Virus record (IMG/VR): IMGVR_UViG_3300046723_000197 | Span: 1-55,102 of that record | Source of the DNA: a virus | Lineage: Duplodnaviria; Caudoviricetes | Length of the DNA: 55,102 nucleotides | Strand: one strand, 5' to 3' | In this document: piece by piece, positions 34,945 through 45,790 of the stretch | How the letters are laid out: every line of letters begins with the position of its first letter | Position numbering within the stretch: position 1 is the stretch's first letter | Made by a program: the position numbers and the translations under genes | Notes under the pieces: model-generated | What the model was told of the DNA's origin: nothing | Seen by the model: only the letters and a program-made list of their open reading frames with translations | Database searches by the model: none

Positions 34945-37900
34945 GTGGCGGACGCCTTCGCGCTGGCTAATGCCTTCGTGCGGATCAGGCCGGACACGGC
35001 CGGTTTCCGCCCCGAGGCTGACGCGAAGCTGAAGGCTGCCCTGGCGGGACTCGACCCGACCGTCAAGATCAAGGCGAACACCGACGCGGCGAAGCTGGTT
35101 GCCGGGGATCTGAAGGCTTACCTCGATTCGCTGGTGAAGCGCAACTATGACCTGCGGCTGAGCGTAGACGACAAGAACGTGAAGGCGAAGCTCGCCGCCG
35201 ACTACGCCATGCTGCTGAAGCTCAACAAGCGGATTGAGGCGGGAGTCTCGCTGGCCGGCGCGGCCAAGATGCAGGCGGACCTGCTGCGCATGGACGCCTC
35301 GCTGGACCGGCTCAAGGTGAACCTGGATAAGGCGTCTGCCGCCGCCAGGGCCGCGTTCATCACCATGGAGACCGAGACAAGCGACCTGAACGCGAAGCTG
35401 GCGCAGACCGACGACGCCGCTAAGGCCGTGTTCTTCACTATGGCCGGGGGCGGCGCCATCTTCGGGACGCTGGGCGGGCGGATCTCCCTGTTCGGCGCAC
35501 AGACCAAGCAGACGATCTTCAACTCGATCACCGGCTGGCACCTGATGGCTGACGTGATCATTGAGGCGGCTGCGGTCCTGATCCCGGCGACGATCGCCGT
35601 GATCGCTTTCGGTGCTGCGGGTGCGCCGGCGGTTGAGGCGATCACCAAGCAGATGCAGAACATGAAGATCGTCACCGAGGCGACGGGCAAAGCGCTCGGC
35701 CCGTTCACGGGCGGTTTCCAGAAAGTCGCCGAGGCGGTGCGCCCGCAGGTTTACCAGATGTTCGGTGATGCCCTGACGATCATCAACAAGCACATGGGGG
35801 AGTTCAGGACGCTGGCGCTGGGCACCGGCAAGGTGCTGGACCAGCTCGCTGCCCGTGCCAGCGTCGCCTTCCTGTCGGGCGGGTTTAACGTCTTCCTGCG
35901 CCATGCCATCGGTGATGTCAAGCAGCTCGGCGACATTGTCGGCAACATTTTCGGCACGATCGGCAACTTCCTGAAAGTCATGCCCGGCTATGCGCAGGTG
36001 CTGCTGACCATCCTGGACAACACGACCAAGGTGATCGAGCGGGTCACGGGCGCGGGCGTGGTGCAGAGCTTCGCTCACCTGGGACTGATCGGGCATGGTG
36101 CGTTCGTCTACCTCGGCCTCGGCGCGACCATCGCCGCCAAGGCGGTCACGTTCAGCCTGGACAGGATCTCCAAGGTGGCCCTGGCCAGCGCGATCGGCCT
36201 GGGCAGGCTCGGCTCCGTGGGCAAAGTCGCCGCTGCGGGCATGGAGAGGTTCGCTTTCGCCGCCTCTGGTGCGGCGACCCTGCCGTGGGGCTGGATCGCT
36301 CTCGCGGCGGTGGCTACCGGCATCCTCGCCTACAAGATCATCACGCTCAAGGACGCTACCCAGACGTGGCTGGGCTCGATGCAGGATGCCCTGAAGGCGC
36401 AGAACGCGGTCATCGGGTTCACGGCTCTGCAAGAGGATCAGGTTTTCGTCATTGCCCGCCTGGTGCGGGCGCAGACAGCGCTCAACAAGGTGCAGGGGGC
36501 CTCTCCCCAGGTCAACGCGGGCCGCGCTGGCACGCAGGGCATCACCGCCCAGAATGTGGCAATGAACCAGCAGGTCGTTATCTCCAGGGATCTGCAAGCC
36601 GGCCTGCACCAGCTCACAGGCGAATCCATCCTCTATAACCAGAGGATGGCCACGCTCGTGGCCACCTTTGGCAGCGCGGGCGAAGCATCCGGCCTGCTGA
36701 TCGCCTCCGGTATCACCATGAACCAGATGCTGGATACCAACCAAAACCACTGGCTTCAGGTACTCCAGCAGGTGGGTGCCACCCAGGTGGCCTATCAGAC
36801 AATGGGTCAGACCATGGGGATGCTCGGCGCGGACATGAACGCGCTCAACATCATGGCGTCGGACCAGGTCACCCAGATGACCAAGGTGAACCAGGCCCTT
36901 GATGGCGTGCTCCAAATCGTCCAGGGTGGCCAGAGCACATTCCTGCTCTTTGAGCAGGCTCTCCAGGGCATCGGCACGGCGGCGGGGGCTACCGGGGCCA
37001 GCATGAAGGGGATCGGGCCGAACTCGGTCGCCCTGCGGCTCGCCTGGCAGACGGCATACACGGCAGGGTTCAAGCTGCTTGACGCGCTGCGGATGATGAC
37101 CGCGATCTCGCCGGGCGCCAGCAAGGGCAGCTTCCCGCAGCTGACGAGGGCGATGAAAGACTCCCTGGCTCAGCTGCTGCCGATGGGCAGGCAGAGCACC
37201 GCGACCCGGGCGCAGATGGTGTCCCTCGCCAACTCGATCAACCCGGCTATCACCAACTTCAAGCAGCTGACCACATGGATTGGCAACATCAAGCACCCCG
37301 GCAAAGACCTGAATGACCTCCTGGCGTCAATGGGTCTCAATATGCAGGACCTGGCGAAAGACGCGGCGAGCCTGTCCACCACGATGCAGACGCAGATGAA
37401 CGCGGTGTTCTCTTCCGCGAAGCTCGCGGCGAGCGGGGTTGACGGGGCCGTCAAGAAGCTTGGTACCGACATGGGTGCCACCCACCCGAACTTTAAGCAG
37501 ATACAGGGCGATGCCCAGGTTCTCTACGACAAGCTGGTCCGCAACCACGTTATGAGCAGGCAGGTCGCCCGGGACTTCGTCACCGCCCTCGACCCGGCCT
37601 TCCACGACACCGGGAGAGCCGCAGGAAATAGTGGCGCGGCGCATCAGGTGGGCATCTTCGCCGGCAGCATGAGTAACGCCCAGAAAATCGCGGACACGTT
37701 CGTGCACCGCAGCCCCTACCACGTGCAAGTCATCGAGACCGGCAAGGGGACGTTCAGCGTCAGCCAGGGCGGTATCTTCGCCAAGACCTCGCCAGGTTCG
37801 CCCGCACTGGCCCATCCGGCGGCACCGGGAGCGGCGGGGGGCATGTTCGTCCCCGGCTCGGGCCAGGGTGACACGGTGCCCGCGTGGCTGACGCCTGGTG

Positions 37901-38685
37901 AAGTGGTCGTCCCCAAAGGCATGGTCCGCGCTGGCGCGGTCGATCACCTGCGGGGCAGGGTTCCTGGTTTCGCCGCCGGTGGCATGGTGGGGAATCTGGG
38001 GGTAATGAACGGCCAGGCCACCACGATGTTCCACCACCAGTTCGTCAACCGGTTCACCAAGGCAATGGAATCGGCGATGACTTCGGCCATGCGGTCCGCT
38101 ATCTCGGCGGCGATGTCCACCGCCGCCGCTGGCAGTCCCGGTGGTGGCGTCCAGCGGTGGCGCGGCCTGGTGCTGCGGGCACTGGGAATGGAGGGCCTGT
38201 CGCTCGGCCTGGTTAACGACGTTCTTTATCAAATGCAAACAGAAAGCGGCGGAAATCCGAATGCGATAAACCTGACTGATGTCAATGCCAGGAATGGCGA
38301 CCCGTCTCGCGGATTGATGCAGACAATCGCTACAACGTTCTCTGCCTACCATTGGCCCGGTACAAGCTGGGATATCTTTGACCCATTTGCGAACATCGCC
38401 GCCGCTATCAACTATGGGGCGCATAACGGCCGGGGATTCGGGTCCGGGCCGGGGCAGATCGGCTCCGGTCACGGCTATGGCCTCGGTGGCATGGTGATGG
38501 ACAATGGTGGCTGGATCGGTCCCGGCGCAACCATGGTCAGGAACAACACCGGCCGGGCCGAGCACCTGGTGCCCACCACCGGCCGTAGCGGGGGGGACGT
38601 GCATATCCACGGCGACCTGAACGTCCGCGAGCAGGCCGACGCCTACCTAATTGCCCGCTCCCTTGCCTTCCAGCTGGATGCGTGA
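34945..38685 (+). CDS. Tape measure protein with C-terminal SLT lytic transglycosylase domain
   Basis: AFVRIRPDT..F start; Ala-rich helices; DTVPAWLTPGEVVV; ESGGNPNAIN..D.NA..G.PSRGLMQ. Confidence 0.92.
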   Translation: MADAFALANAFVRIRPDTAGFRPEADAKLKAALAGLDPTVKIKANTDAAKLVAGDLKAYLDSLVKRNYDLRLSVDDKNVKAKLAADYAMLLKLNKRIEAGVSLAGAAKMQADLLRMDASLDRLKVNLDKASAAARAAFITMETETSDLNAKLAQTDDAAKAVFFTMAGGGAIFGTLGGRISLFGAQTKQTIFNSITGWHLMADVIIEAAAVLIPATIAVIAFGAAGAPAVEAITKQMQNMKIVTEATGKALGPFTGGFQKVAEAVRPQVYQMFGDALTIINKHMGEFRTLALGTGKVLDQLAARASVAFLSGGFNVFLRHAIGDVKQLGDIVGNIFGTIGNFLKVMPGYAQVLLTILDNTTKVIERVTGAGVVQSFAHLGLIGHGAFVYLGLGATIAAKAVTFSLDRISKVALASAIGLGRLGSVGKVAAAGMERFAFAASGAATLPWGWIALAAVATGILAYKIITLKDATQTWLGSMQDALKAQNAVIGFTALQEDQVFVIARLVRAQTALNKVQGASPQVNAGRAGTQGITAQNVAMNQQVVISRDLQAGLHQLTGESILYNQRMATLVATFGSAGEASGLLIASGITMNQMLDTNQNHWLQVLQQVGATQVAYQTMGQTMGMLGADMNALNIMASDQVTQMTKVNQALDGVLQIVQGGQSTFLLFEQALQGIGTAAGATGASMKGIGPNSVALRLAWQTAYTAGFKLLDALRMMTAISPGASKGSFPQLTRAMKDSLAQLLPMGRQSTATRAQMVSLANSINPAITNFKQLTTWIGNIKHPGKDLNDLLASMGLNMQDLAKDAASLSTTMQTQMNAVFSSAKLAASGVDGAVKKLGTDMGATHPNFKQIQGDAQVLYDKLVRNHVMSRQVARDFVTALDPAFHDTGRAAGNSGAAHQVGIFAGSMSNAQKIADTFVHRSPYHVQVIETGKGTFSVSQGGIFAKTSPGSPALAHPAAPGAAGGMFVPGSGQGDTVPAWLTPGEVVVPKGMVRAGAVDHLRGRVPGFAAGGMVGNLGVMNGQATTMFHHQFVNRFTKAMESAMTSAMRSAISAAMSTAAAGSPGGGVQRWRGLVLRALGMEGLSLGLVNDVLYQMQTESGGNPNAINLTDVNARNGDPSRGLMQTIATTFSAYHWPGTSWDIFDPFANIAAAINYGAHNGRGFGSGPGQIGSGHGYGLGGMVMDNGGWIGPGATMVRNNTGRAEHLVPTTGRSGGDVHIHGDLNVREQADAYLIARSLAFQLDA

Positions 38686-39590
38686 TGATTACCTCAGCGA
38701 CCCTCCTCGACACCACCCGGGGCCTTCAGCTGGTGCTGAACCCCCGGCCGGGTGTGCTGGCGCTGCACGCGATCGAGATCACCCCCACCGTGCGTGAAGT
38801 GACCGAGGACTGGGCGCAGGCTGACGGTGCGCTGGACACCTCGCAGTGGATGTCGGCGGCGGCGGTGACACTGGGCATCACGGTCATGCCATCCCAGCCG
38901 GGTGTGCTGGATCAGCTCACCCAGTTCCTGGCCCCGTGGGCGCGGCCTTATCTGCTCGTCACTGACAGCGACTGGGCGGCTCCCCGGCAAATCCAGCTGC
39001 GGGCCGACCCGTGGCAGCACCCGCTGGAGATCCGTGGCGGCGGCAGCATCAAGATCCGTGAGATGCAGCTGGCGTTCAAGGCACCACGGGGGGTGTGGGA
39101 AGACTCCAGCATCCAGATTTTCGACCTGAACGCGATCCTCACCGACACCAACGGCCTGGTCTTCGCAGACACAACCGGGGTTGTGGTCACCGACGTGGCT
39201 GGGTATATCTTCCCCGCTTCCAGCACGTCGGGCAGCTCGATCGTCAACGTGACCGGGAACACGCGGCCGGCATGGCGGGCGCGGATGTATGGGCCGTGCA
39301 ACGGCCCTCAGCTGTCAAACGACACCACCGGCCAGTCGCTCAACTTCGACCCGACGCTGGTGCTGAACCCGGGGGATTTCCTGGAGCTGAACTCGGGGCC
39401 TGGCCCGCTAGCGCGGACCGCGAACCTGAACGGCCAGACCGACTCATCGCGGCTGTCGTTCATGACCTTCGCATCGAGCGAATGGTTCCCGATCGACCCG
39501 GGGCTGAATAACATCCGCTACCACCCGGTGAGCGGCGGCTCGGTGGGCGCGATCTGTGAGCTGACCATCTACCCAGTGTGGCTGCCATGA
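38682..39590 (+). CDS. Distal tail protein (Dit)-like
   Basis: Follows tape measure; GP..GP.L.N.TTG, WFPIDPGLN.I. Confidence 0.7.
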   Translation: MMITSATLLDTTRGLQLVLNPRPGVLALHAIEITPTVREVTEDWAQADGALDTSQWMSAAAVTLGITVMPSQPGVLDQLTQFLAPWARPYLLVTDSDWAAPRQIQLRADPWQHPLEIRGGGSIKIREMQLAFKAPRGVWEDSSIQIFDLNAILTDTNGLVFADTTGVVVTDVAGYIFPASSTSGSSIVNVTGNTRPAWRARMYGPCNGPQLSNDTTGQSLNFDPTLVLNPGDFLELNSGPGPLARTANLNGQTDSSRLSFMTFASSEWFPIDPGLNNIRYHPVSGGSVGAICELTIYPVWLP

Positions 39591-39940
39591 GTGTCGTGGC
39601 GCTGCTCACCAATAGCGACGGGTCCACTATCGGGCCTGCGGCCTACGCCTCGAACCCTGATGGGACAGCACCAGCGCTGATCGGCATCGGCGGTGCTTCG
39701 TCCATGGTCAGCCGGGGTGCCGATTCGAGGCGTGTCCTGGCGGTGCTCACCGACTGGTATGCCCTGATGGGGACGGCGGCAGCACCGGGGGAGAGCGCCG
39801 ACGCTGACGTTTCCGTGGCTGGCCGGGCCAGCCCGGGGCTGGCGAACCCGGGTGATCCGGGCGGGGCACTGACTGCCACCGTTTATGCGTACAGCTACGC
39901 CTACAGCGCCCCGGCCCTGACGCCGGTAGGGGAGAGGTAA
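39587..39940 (+). CDS. Hypothetical tail-region protein
   Basis: ATGA overlap with the previous gene. Confidence 0.55.
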   Translation: MSVVALLTNSDGSTIGPAAYASNPDGTAPALIGIGGASSMVSRGADSRRVLAVLTDWYALMGTAAAPGESADADVSVAGRASPGLANPGDPGGALTATVYAYSYAYSAPALTPVGER

Positions 39941-40587
39941 TGGCGGCACTTGAGGTTTTCGCCCACAACGGCACCGCTGTCGTCAGCGCGGGCGGCAACA
40001 CCAGCCCATCGCCGGGGACTACGGAGACGTGGACGGTGGCGGGTGGCTCGACCCTGCCAGCAGCGGCTACGGGCGTCACCCAGTTCCATGTGGGCGACCC
40101 GGCATTTCCAGGTGAGCTGATCCTGGTGACGAACGTGTCCGGGGTAACGCTGTCGGTCACGCGGGGAGCGGATTCGACTACGCCAGTGGCGCATGGCTCG
40201 AACTTCACGATCCGGCAGGTGCTGCCCGCGAGCTGGCTCACGTTCGTGCAGACCTCGGTGTTCGGGATCGTGGCGGCGGTCTCAGTGCTCACCGATGTGG
40301 CGGTGATCGCGGTCAACGCGGCGCTGGGGAACCATTTCCGGGTGACACTCGCCGGGAACCGGCAGCTGCAGAACCCCACGAACCCCGTCGATGGGCAGAA
40401 AATTACGTTTGAGGTCATTCAGGATGGCACTGGAAACCGCACGTTGTCGTATGACACGGCCTATGATTTCGGGATCGCTGGGGCACCCATCCTGACCACC
40501 ACGGCGGCGGCGCGGGACTTGATCGGGTTTGTCTACAGCTCCAGCAAGGCCGCCTGGCTGTTCTCAGGGATAACGAAGGGCCTATGA
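39940..40587 (+). CDS. Minor tail/fibre protein; C-terminus paralogous to 47284-48207
   Basis: GNHFRVTL.GNR.L.NPTNPVDGQKI.F...Q...DLIGFVY. Confidence 0.7.
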   Translation: MAALEVFAHNGTAVVSAGGNTSPSPGTTETWTVAGGSTLPAAATGVTQFHVGDPAFPGELILVTNVSGVTLSVTRGADSTTPVAHGSNFTIRQVLPASWLTFVQTSVFGIVAAVSVLTDVAVIAVNAALGNHFRVTLAGNRQLQNPTNPVDGQKITFEVIQDGTGNRTLSYDTAYDFGIAGAPILTTTAAARDLIGFVYSSSKAAWLFSGITKGL

Positions 40588-40590
40588 GAT

Positions 40591-40830
40591 ATGCCCTCCA
40601 CTGATCTGACGCCGCCGGGGCTGAACTCGCCCATGGCGTGGCAGTTCATTCCGCTGCCGGTCGCTGACCCATCGGCTGCGCCGCCGCCGTTCAATGAGGG
40701 CACTGCGCTGCCGGTGAACCCCCCGGGCCTGCTGTCGCCGATGGCGTGGCAGTCCCAGCCGGCCCGGGGAACACCAGACACGTCGGCGGCGCCGCTCGCC
40801 GCAGGGCCGCTCACCGCGCTTTTCCCATGA
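40591..40830 (+). CDS. Small Pro-rich protein with duplicated PPGLxSPMAWQ
   Basis: Internal repeat; tight packing. Confidence 0.5.
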   Translation: MPSTDLTPPGLNSPMAWQFIPLPVADPSAAPPPFNEGTALPVNPPGLLSPMAWQSQPARGTPDTSAAPLAAGPLTALFP

Positions 40831-40923
40831 TTTTCACCGATAATGGAGCCGAGGCCGCAGCCGCAACGGGCTACCTGTTCCCCGCCATGGGGGACGTAGC
40901 TGCTGACGAAGGGTGGCCTTGAA

Positions 40924-41484
40924 ATGCCCTACCAGTCCTGGGAGTCGCTGCTTAACGCCGGCGCGCCCTGGCAGACCACGGCGGGCACTGTCCTGAACAC
41001 TGCCGCCACAGCGACGATCAGCCCGCAGGCGGCAGGCTCGAAGGACTACACGCTGCCCGCGAACTGGTGGTATCCGGGTGCGGTGATCAAGGTGACGGCC
41101 CGTGGCATCCTGTCGTCCGGGTCGTCCGGCTCGAACCTGACGGTGCTGCTCGCGGCCGGCGGATCGCCCACGACCCTGTCTACGTCGGCGGCTATCGCGC
41201 TGGGCACCGGCTCGGTGACGAACATGCCGTTCCGGCTGACCGCCAACATCCAGTGCACCGCGATCGGCTCGTCCGGCAACACGCTCACCACCCAGGGTGA
41301 ACTGATGTTCGAGACTTCGGTCACCCCGGCGTTTGGCACCGCGAACACCACGATCGCACCACTGGCCAGTACCGCTGCCGCGCTCGACACGACGGTGGCG
41401 ATGGCACTGAACCTGCGGGCCACCCTGTCGGCGGCGTTCGGGGCGATCACCTGCCAGCAGTTCCTGCTTGAGTCCCAGGACTGA
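40924..41484 (+). CDS. Putative virion structural protein
   Basis: Similar to 19929-20549 and to the C-terminus of 50226-52028. Confidence 0.65.
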   Translation: MPYQSWESLLNAGAPWQTTAGTVLNTAATATISPQAAGSKDYTLPANWWYPGAVIKVTARGILSSGSSGSNLTVLLAAGGSPTTLSTSAAIALGTGSVTNMPFRLTANIQCTAIGSSGNTLTTQGELMFETSVTPAFGTANTTIAPLASTAAALDTTVAMALNLRATLSAAFGAITCQQFLLESQD

Positions 41485-41489
41485 GGCCC

Positions 41490-42410
41490 ATGGCTTTCCT
41501 TGTCGATTTCATGCAGCCGGCGACCGGCGATGCGTCGATCAACGTGCCGGCGTCCACGTTCCGCATGGCCCTGCAAGCCCTCGTCGGTGGCTCCTCAGCG
41601 TCGAAAGAGGGCGTCATCGCCCCCACGTCGTCGGTCGTCGTGCAGCGCGGCGCGGGCGCGAATTTCAGCGTGGATATACAGCCATTCCAGGCGGTCATCG
41701 CCGGCGAAGATGTCACCGATCAGGGTGCCTATGTGGTGACCAACACCGCCGTGTTCAACCTGGCAACCCCCTCGGCCCCCGGCTCGGGCACCAGGACGCA
41801 CCGGCTCGTAGCCCAGGTGCGCGATAAGAAAAATAATGGCGCCTGGACCACCTATGACTGGACACCGCTGATCATCGCCGACAGCGGCTCGGGCGAGCCG
41901 GCCGAGCCGGCTAGTTCGGAGACGCTTGCGCACATCGTGATCGCAGCCGGCCAGGCGAACGTGTCGAACGCGAACATCACCCAGGGCTATCAGGTGCTGC
42001 GGTCCCTGCTGCCGGTCGATCCGCAGCAGTCGTTCCAGGCCGGTGCTGGGGCATGGAACGTCACCAACACCTGGGTGGCTTTCGGGGCCGGGAACTGGCC
42101 ACCGGTCACTTTCACCGTCCCCCCGTCAGGGAAGGTGTATATCACGATCCAGGCTGGGGTGATCGGCAGCTCGGGCAACACCGCTGCCATCAGCTGGGCG
42201 ATCTCGGGGGCCGATTCGGTGGCATCTACGCTGGGCCGGTGTGTCAGCGCGGGCGGCGCGGGCTCGGTGGCGATCCGCGCCTCCAACCGGTCGCTGGTGA
42301 CGGGGCTGACTCCCGGAGCATCCGACACGGTGACCCCGGCCTGGTTCCAGAATGGCAGTGGCTGCTCCGACACCACTGACGGCCATCTGATCGTGGAGGC
42401 GGTGCAGTGA
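41490..42410 (+). CDS. Minor tail protein
   Basis: VVQRGAGANFSVDI, RLVAQVRD, LAHIVIAAGQ.NV.NANIT pattern typical of actinophage minor tails. Confidence 0.7.
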   Translation: MAFLVDFMQPATGDASINVPASTFRMALQALVGGSSASKEGVIAPTSSVVVQRGAGANFSVDIQPFQAVIAGEDVTDQGAYVVTNTAVFNLATPSAPGSGTRTHRLVAQVRDKKNNGAWTTYDWTPLIIADSGSGEPAEPASSETLAHIVIAAGQANVSNANITQGYQVLRSLLPVDPQQSFQAGAGAWNVTNTWVAFGAGNWPPVTFTVPPSGKVYITIQAGVIGSSGNTAAISWAISGADSVASTLGRCVSAGGAGSVAIRASNRSLVTGLTPGASDTVTPAWFQNGSGCSDTTDGHLIVEAVQ

Positions 42411-45400
42411 GCACCACTGTCAACAACACGACCATGGCTGCCGTGGGGACCGGTGGCGCACTCGCGGTGACCGTTTCCACCAAGGACGGGCTGGGGATCG
42501 TCTCTGGCGACCTTATCGTCGCCAACTGCCTGTCCAACGGCACGCATGTGGCGAACGCGATGGCCGTGCAGGACAGCGTCAATGCGACCCCGTTCACGAA
42601 CGGGAAAGAGCAGCAGCTCGGCAGCGGCTCAGCCAAATGGCAGCAGGTGCTGTATTACCAGGCCGTGGCGAACGTGCCGGACGGTTCCACGATCACCCTG
42701 ACCCCTTTCGCGGCGGCCACAGTCACGGGCCTGTCGGTGACTGTGGTCAGGTATGTGACCGGCACGATTGCTAACGCTTTCGTCTCGCAGGGCAACACGG
42801 CTAACACCGCGCAGGGTGCGCCGGCGCTCGGTGCCGCGCCCACCATCGGCCAGTTCGTGATGACGTTCGACGCGGCCGATTCGGGCACCCTCACCCAGGC
42901 TGCGGCCTTTGCTCTTGACAGCGCCGTGGTCGGTGCGTCCTGCACCCTCGCCAATGCCTACGCGACCGCTGATGGTGTCTCCACGTTCGCCTCCACCTGG
43001 ACCGACACGGCCAGCGTGGTGTCGGCGACGATGACGGTGGCCTTCACCTTCGCCGGGGTCGGCGTTCCGTACCGGGTGGGCCAGCTCACCTCGGCAGCCG
43101 GGTCCGCCACCAGTGTGGTGACGGTGGCCACGACGACGATCGCCAACGACGCCCTGTTCGTCGTCTGCGGGTGTGGCGGCGGCGGTGTCCCGACCGCGAA
43201 CTCGGTCGCTGACACTAAGTCACACACCTATACGCTCGCCGCGTCGGTGATCGCCCCCAACGGCATGTGTGTGTGGATCTTCCAGTCCCTGCACGCCGCG
43301 ACGCCACTGCTGTCGTCCGGCGATACGGTCACTGTGACCTGGAGCGGGACCACGAACCAGAAGAACGTCGAGGTGATCGCCTGCGCCGGGGTCAATGCGA
43401 CGGCTGCACTGGACCAGATCGCGTCGGCCTACGCCACCGGGGCCGCACCATCGGTGACCACAACCGCGAGCCTGGCCAACAACAATGAGCTGGTCCTGGC
43501 CGCGATCACATCCGGGTATGCGACAGCGAGCATCACCTGGGCCGCCGGGATCACGGCGATGGACACGGGGCTGCGCTCCGCCGGTGGCGTCTACACCTCG
43601 GTGGGCACACAGGTCATCACCAACTCGACCTCGGCCCCGACCGCAGGGGCCACCCTGGGTGCTTCCGGTGTGTGGGCTGAGCTGATGATCACCCTGCTAC
43701 CCGACCCACCAACCGGCGCTGCGGCGACGATCACGATCACCAACGCCTCACCGCTGCCGCCGGGGCAGGTGGGTGTGGCCTATTCAACCCAGATGGCGGC
43801 GACGGGCGGCGCGCCGCCTTACACGTGGGCGGTCACCGCCGGCGCGGTCCCCCCTGGGCTCACCCTGGCATCCGGCAGCGGCGGCGGCGGTTCCTCCGAC
43901 TTCACCTACATCGGGGTCAACACCGGCCCGCAGGGCAGCCCTACGCTGGGGGGATTCAGCAGCCAGTACGCGGCGCTCGGCCCGCTGGGCTGTTACAAGT
44001 TCTTCGGCACTGTGGGGCTGGGGCTGAACGGCTATAACTGGACCGGTTCCCTCGCCGACCAGATCACCACCTGGTGCGCCCAGAACGGGAAGCCGCAGCC
44101 GTTCTGCTACTTCTCGTGGGGGCCGGCGCTCAGCTCGGCGGCGCAGCTCACGGCGTTTATCCAGTCGATCCCGCACACGGTCAAGGCGGTCGGGTTCACA
44201 TTCGACTCCGAACCCGAAGCGACGTGGGCTCCCGGTACCGGTACCAACGGGTTTATCACCGCCTACCAGGGCCAGGCGAACATCATCCACGGGGCGCAGG
44301 CGAACACACCCGTGAAGCTCTACATGATGACCGCCTCCCTGACTGCCGGGTATGCGACCGGCGGCAACGGCCTGACCGGCGGGTACATCCCCGGCCCGTC
44401 GTTTGTGGACGTGTACGGCATGGACTTTTATGACAGGCACAATTTCGTCGTCGGGTCCGATATGGGCTCCACCGTTCAGTGGCACAACTGGCTGAACCTG
44501 GTCAAGGGGTTCGGGAAGCCGATCGGGATCACCGAGTTCGGCCTGTCCGGGTACGGGTCGGACGCGGCGCAGACTACCCGCCTCCAGGCCGACATCGCCT
44601 ACCTCAAAACGGCGTTCGGGCCGCCGGCCGGCGGCAACCCCGGCGGGACGGTCAGCCAGCTGCCGCTGTTCGTGTGGCTGTACTGGAACACCGCCTCCGG
44701 CGGAATCAATGACATGCTCGGCCCCAATGTGAAGGCGACGTGGGCAGGCGTCGCGGCGACCCAGGCCGGCGCGCCAGCGGGGGGCGGCACCGGCGGCCTG
44801 ATATCAGGGACGCCGACCGTGGCGGGCACCTCAACGCCGACGATCAGGGCCACCGACTCGGCCGCCGCGACCGGCTCGAAGGCATTCTCGCTGGTCATCT
44901 CGGGCTCAAGCTCACTGGCAGTCGCCACTACCAGCCTGCCGGGGGGCACGGTGGGCACGGCTTACAGCGGGGGTCAGCTGGCCGCTACCGGTGGCACCAT
45001 TCCTTACACGTGGAGCCTGAACTCGGGGACGCTGCCACCGGGACTGGCGATTGTGGACCAGTCGATCACCGGCACGCCCACCTCGAACGGCACCTCATCG
45101 TTTGTGATCAAGGTGACTGACAACGTGGCGGCGACCGCGACAGCGAGCCTGTCGATCATTATCTCCACCGGCCTGCAAATCACCACTACCTCGCTGCCAC
45201 CGGGGCAGGTGGGAGTGTCATATGCCTTCACGCTGTCTACCGCTGGCGGCACCCCGCCATATCTATGGTCGGCGGCGCAGGGTATGCCCGCCGGGATGAT
45301 CCTGGACACGGCAGCGGGCATCATGTCCGGGGTGCCTGAACTCGCCGGGTCGTTCCCAGAGACCTTCACGGTCACTGATGGTGCTGGGGCATCGGCGACC

Positions 45401-45787
45401 TCGGTGCCGATGACCCTCGCTGTCGCTCCTGTCACGGGCGGCCTGCCGCCGATTGGCCGCCGCAGGTTCGGCGGCACGACCGCTGACTGGACATTCCAGT
45501 TCGTCGGGGACGCGATCGACCGCGCCGCTGGGGTGACCGTGACGTTCTACAACGCGCTCACCGGCGGTGACCAGATCACCGATCTGACCACGGCCGGCGG
45601 TGGCCCGATCACCTCGGTGGTCAGCGACGCCAGCGGTGAGATCCCTGAGTTTTTCGGGCCTGCCAACGTGGTGGAAATGTTCGCCGACGCGAACGGTGGC
45701 CTCGGCCCGCGCCGGCGGGTCACCGCCGCCGACCTGGGTGACCTGACGGTCGTTATGTATAACGCCCTCAAGCTGCTGACCGGGTAG
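42407..45787 (+). CDS. Large fibre/adhesin with several putative Ig (He_PIG) domains and an inserted GH26-like domain
   Basis: Repeated LP.G.VG.AYS...ATGG.PPYTW...G.LP.GL; DSEPE, YIPG..FVDVYGMDFYD, KPIGITEFG. Confidence 0.75.
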   Translation: MSTTVNNTTMAAVGTGGALAVTVSTKDGLGIVSGDLIVANCLSNGTHVANAMAVQDSVNATPFTNGKEQQLGSGSAKWQQVLYYQAVANVPDGSTITLTPFAAATVTGLSVTVVRYVTGTIANAFVSQGNTANTAQGAPALGAAPTIGQFVMTFDAADSGTLTQAAAFALDSAVVGASCTLANAYATADGVSTFASTWTDTASVVSATMTVAFTFAGVGVPYRVGQLTSAAGSATSVVTVATTTIANDALFVVCGCGGGGVPTANSVADTKSHTYTLAASVIAPNGMCVWIFQSLHAATPLLSSGDTVTVTWSGTTNQKNVEVIACAGVNATAALDQIASAYATGAAPSVTTTASLANNNELVLAAITSGYATASITWAAGITAMDTGLRSAGGVYTSVGTQVITNSTSAPTAGATLGASGVWAELMITLLPDPPTGAAATITITNASPLPPGQVGVAYSTQMAATGGAPPYTWAVTAGAVPPGLTLASGSGGGGSSDFTYIGVNTGPQGSPTLGGFSSQYAALGPLGCYKFFGTVGLGLNGYNWTGSLADQITTWCAQNGKPQPFCYFSWGPALSSAAQLTAFIQSIPHTVKAVGFTFDSEPEATWAPGTGTNGFITAYQGQANIIHGAQANTPVKLYMMTASLTAGYATGGNGLTGGYIPGPSFVDVYGMDFYDRHNFVVGSDMGSTVQWHNWLNLVKGFGKPIGITEFGLSGYGSDAAQTTRLQADIAYLKTAFGPPAGGNPGGTVSQLPLFVWLYWNTASGGINDMLGPNVKATWAGVAATQAGAPAGGGTGGLISGTPTVAGTSTPTIRATDSAAATGSKAFSLVISGSSSLAVATTSLPGGTVGTAYSGGQLAATGGTIPYTWSLNSGTLPPGLAIVDQSITGTPTSNGTSSFVIKVTDNVAATATASLSIIISTGLQITTTSLPPGQVGVSYAFTLSTAGGTPPYLWSAAQGMPAGMILDTAAGIMSGVPELAGSFPETFTVTDGAGASATSVPMTLAVAPVTGGLPPIGRRRFGGTTADWTFQFVGDAIDRAAGVTVTFYNALTGGDQITDLTTAGGGPITSVVSDASGEIPEFFGPANVVEMFADANGGLGPRRRVTAADLGDLTVVMYNALKLLTG

Positions 45788-45790
45788 CCC

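Noticed and set aside
33742-37296. 1184-aa minus-strand ORF and other long antisense ORFs (23677-25356, 48819-50393, 7139-8581, 18376-19821)
   Set aside because: Shadow frames of GC3-rich genes. A short Zn-ribbon-like stretch from 34431 (MIRLVCGH...CRYCG) may be real but has no nearby stop, so it is not called.
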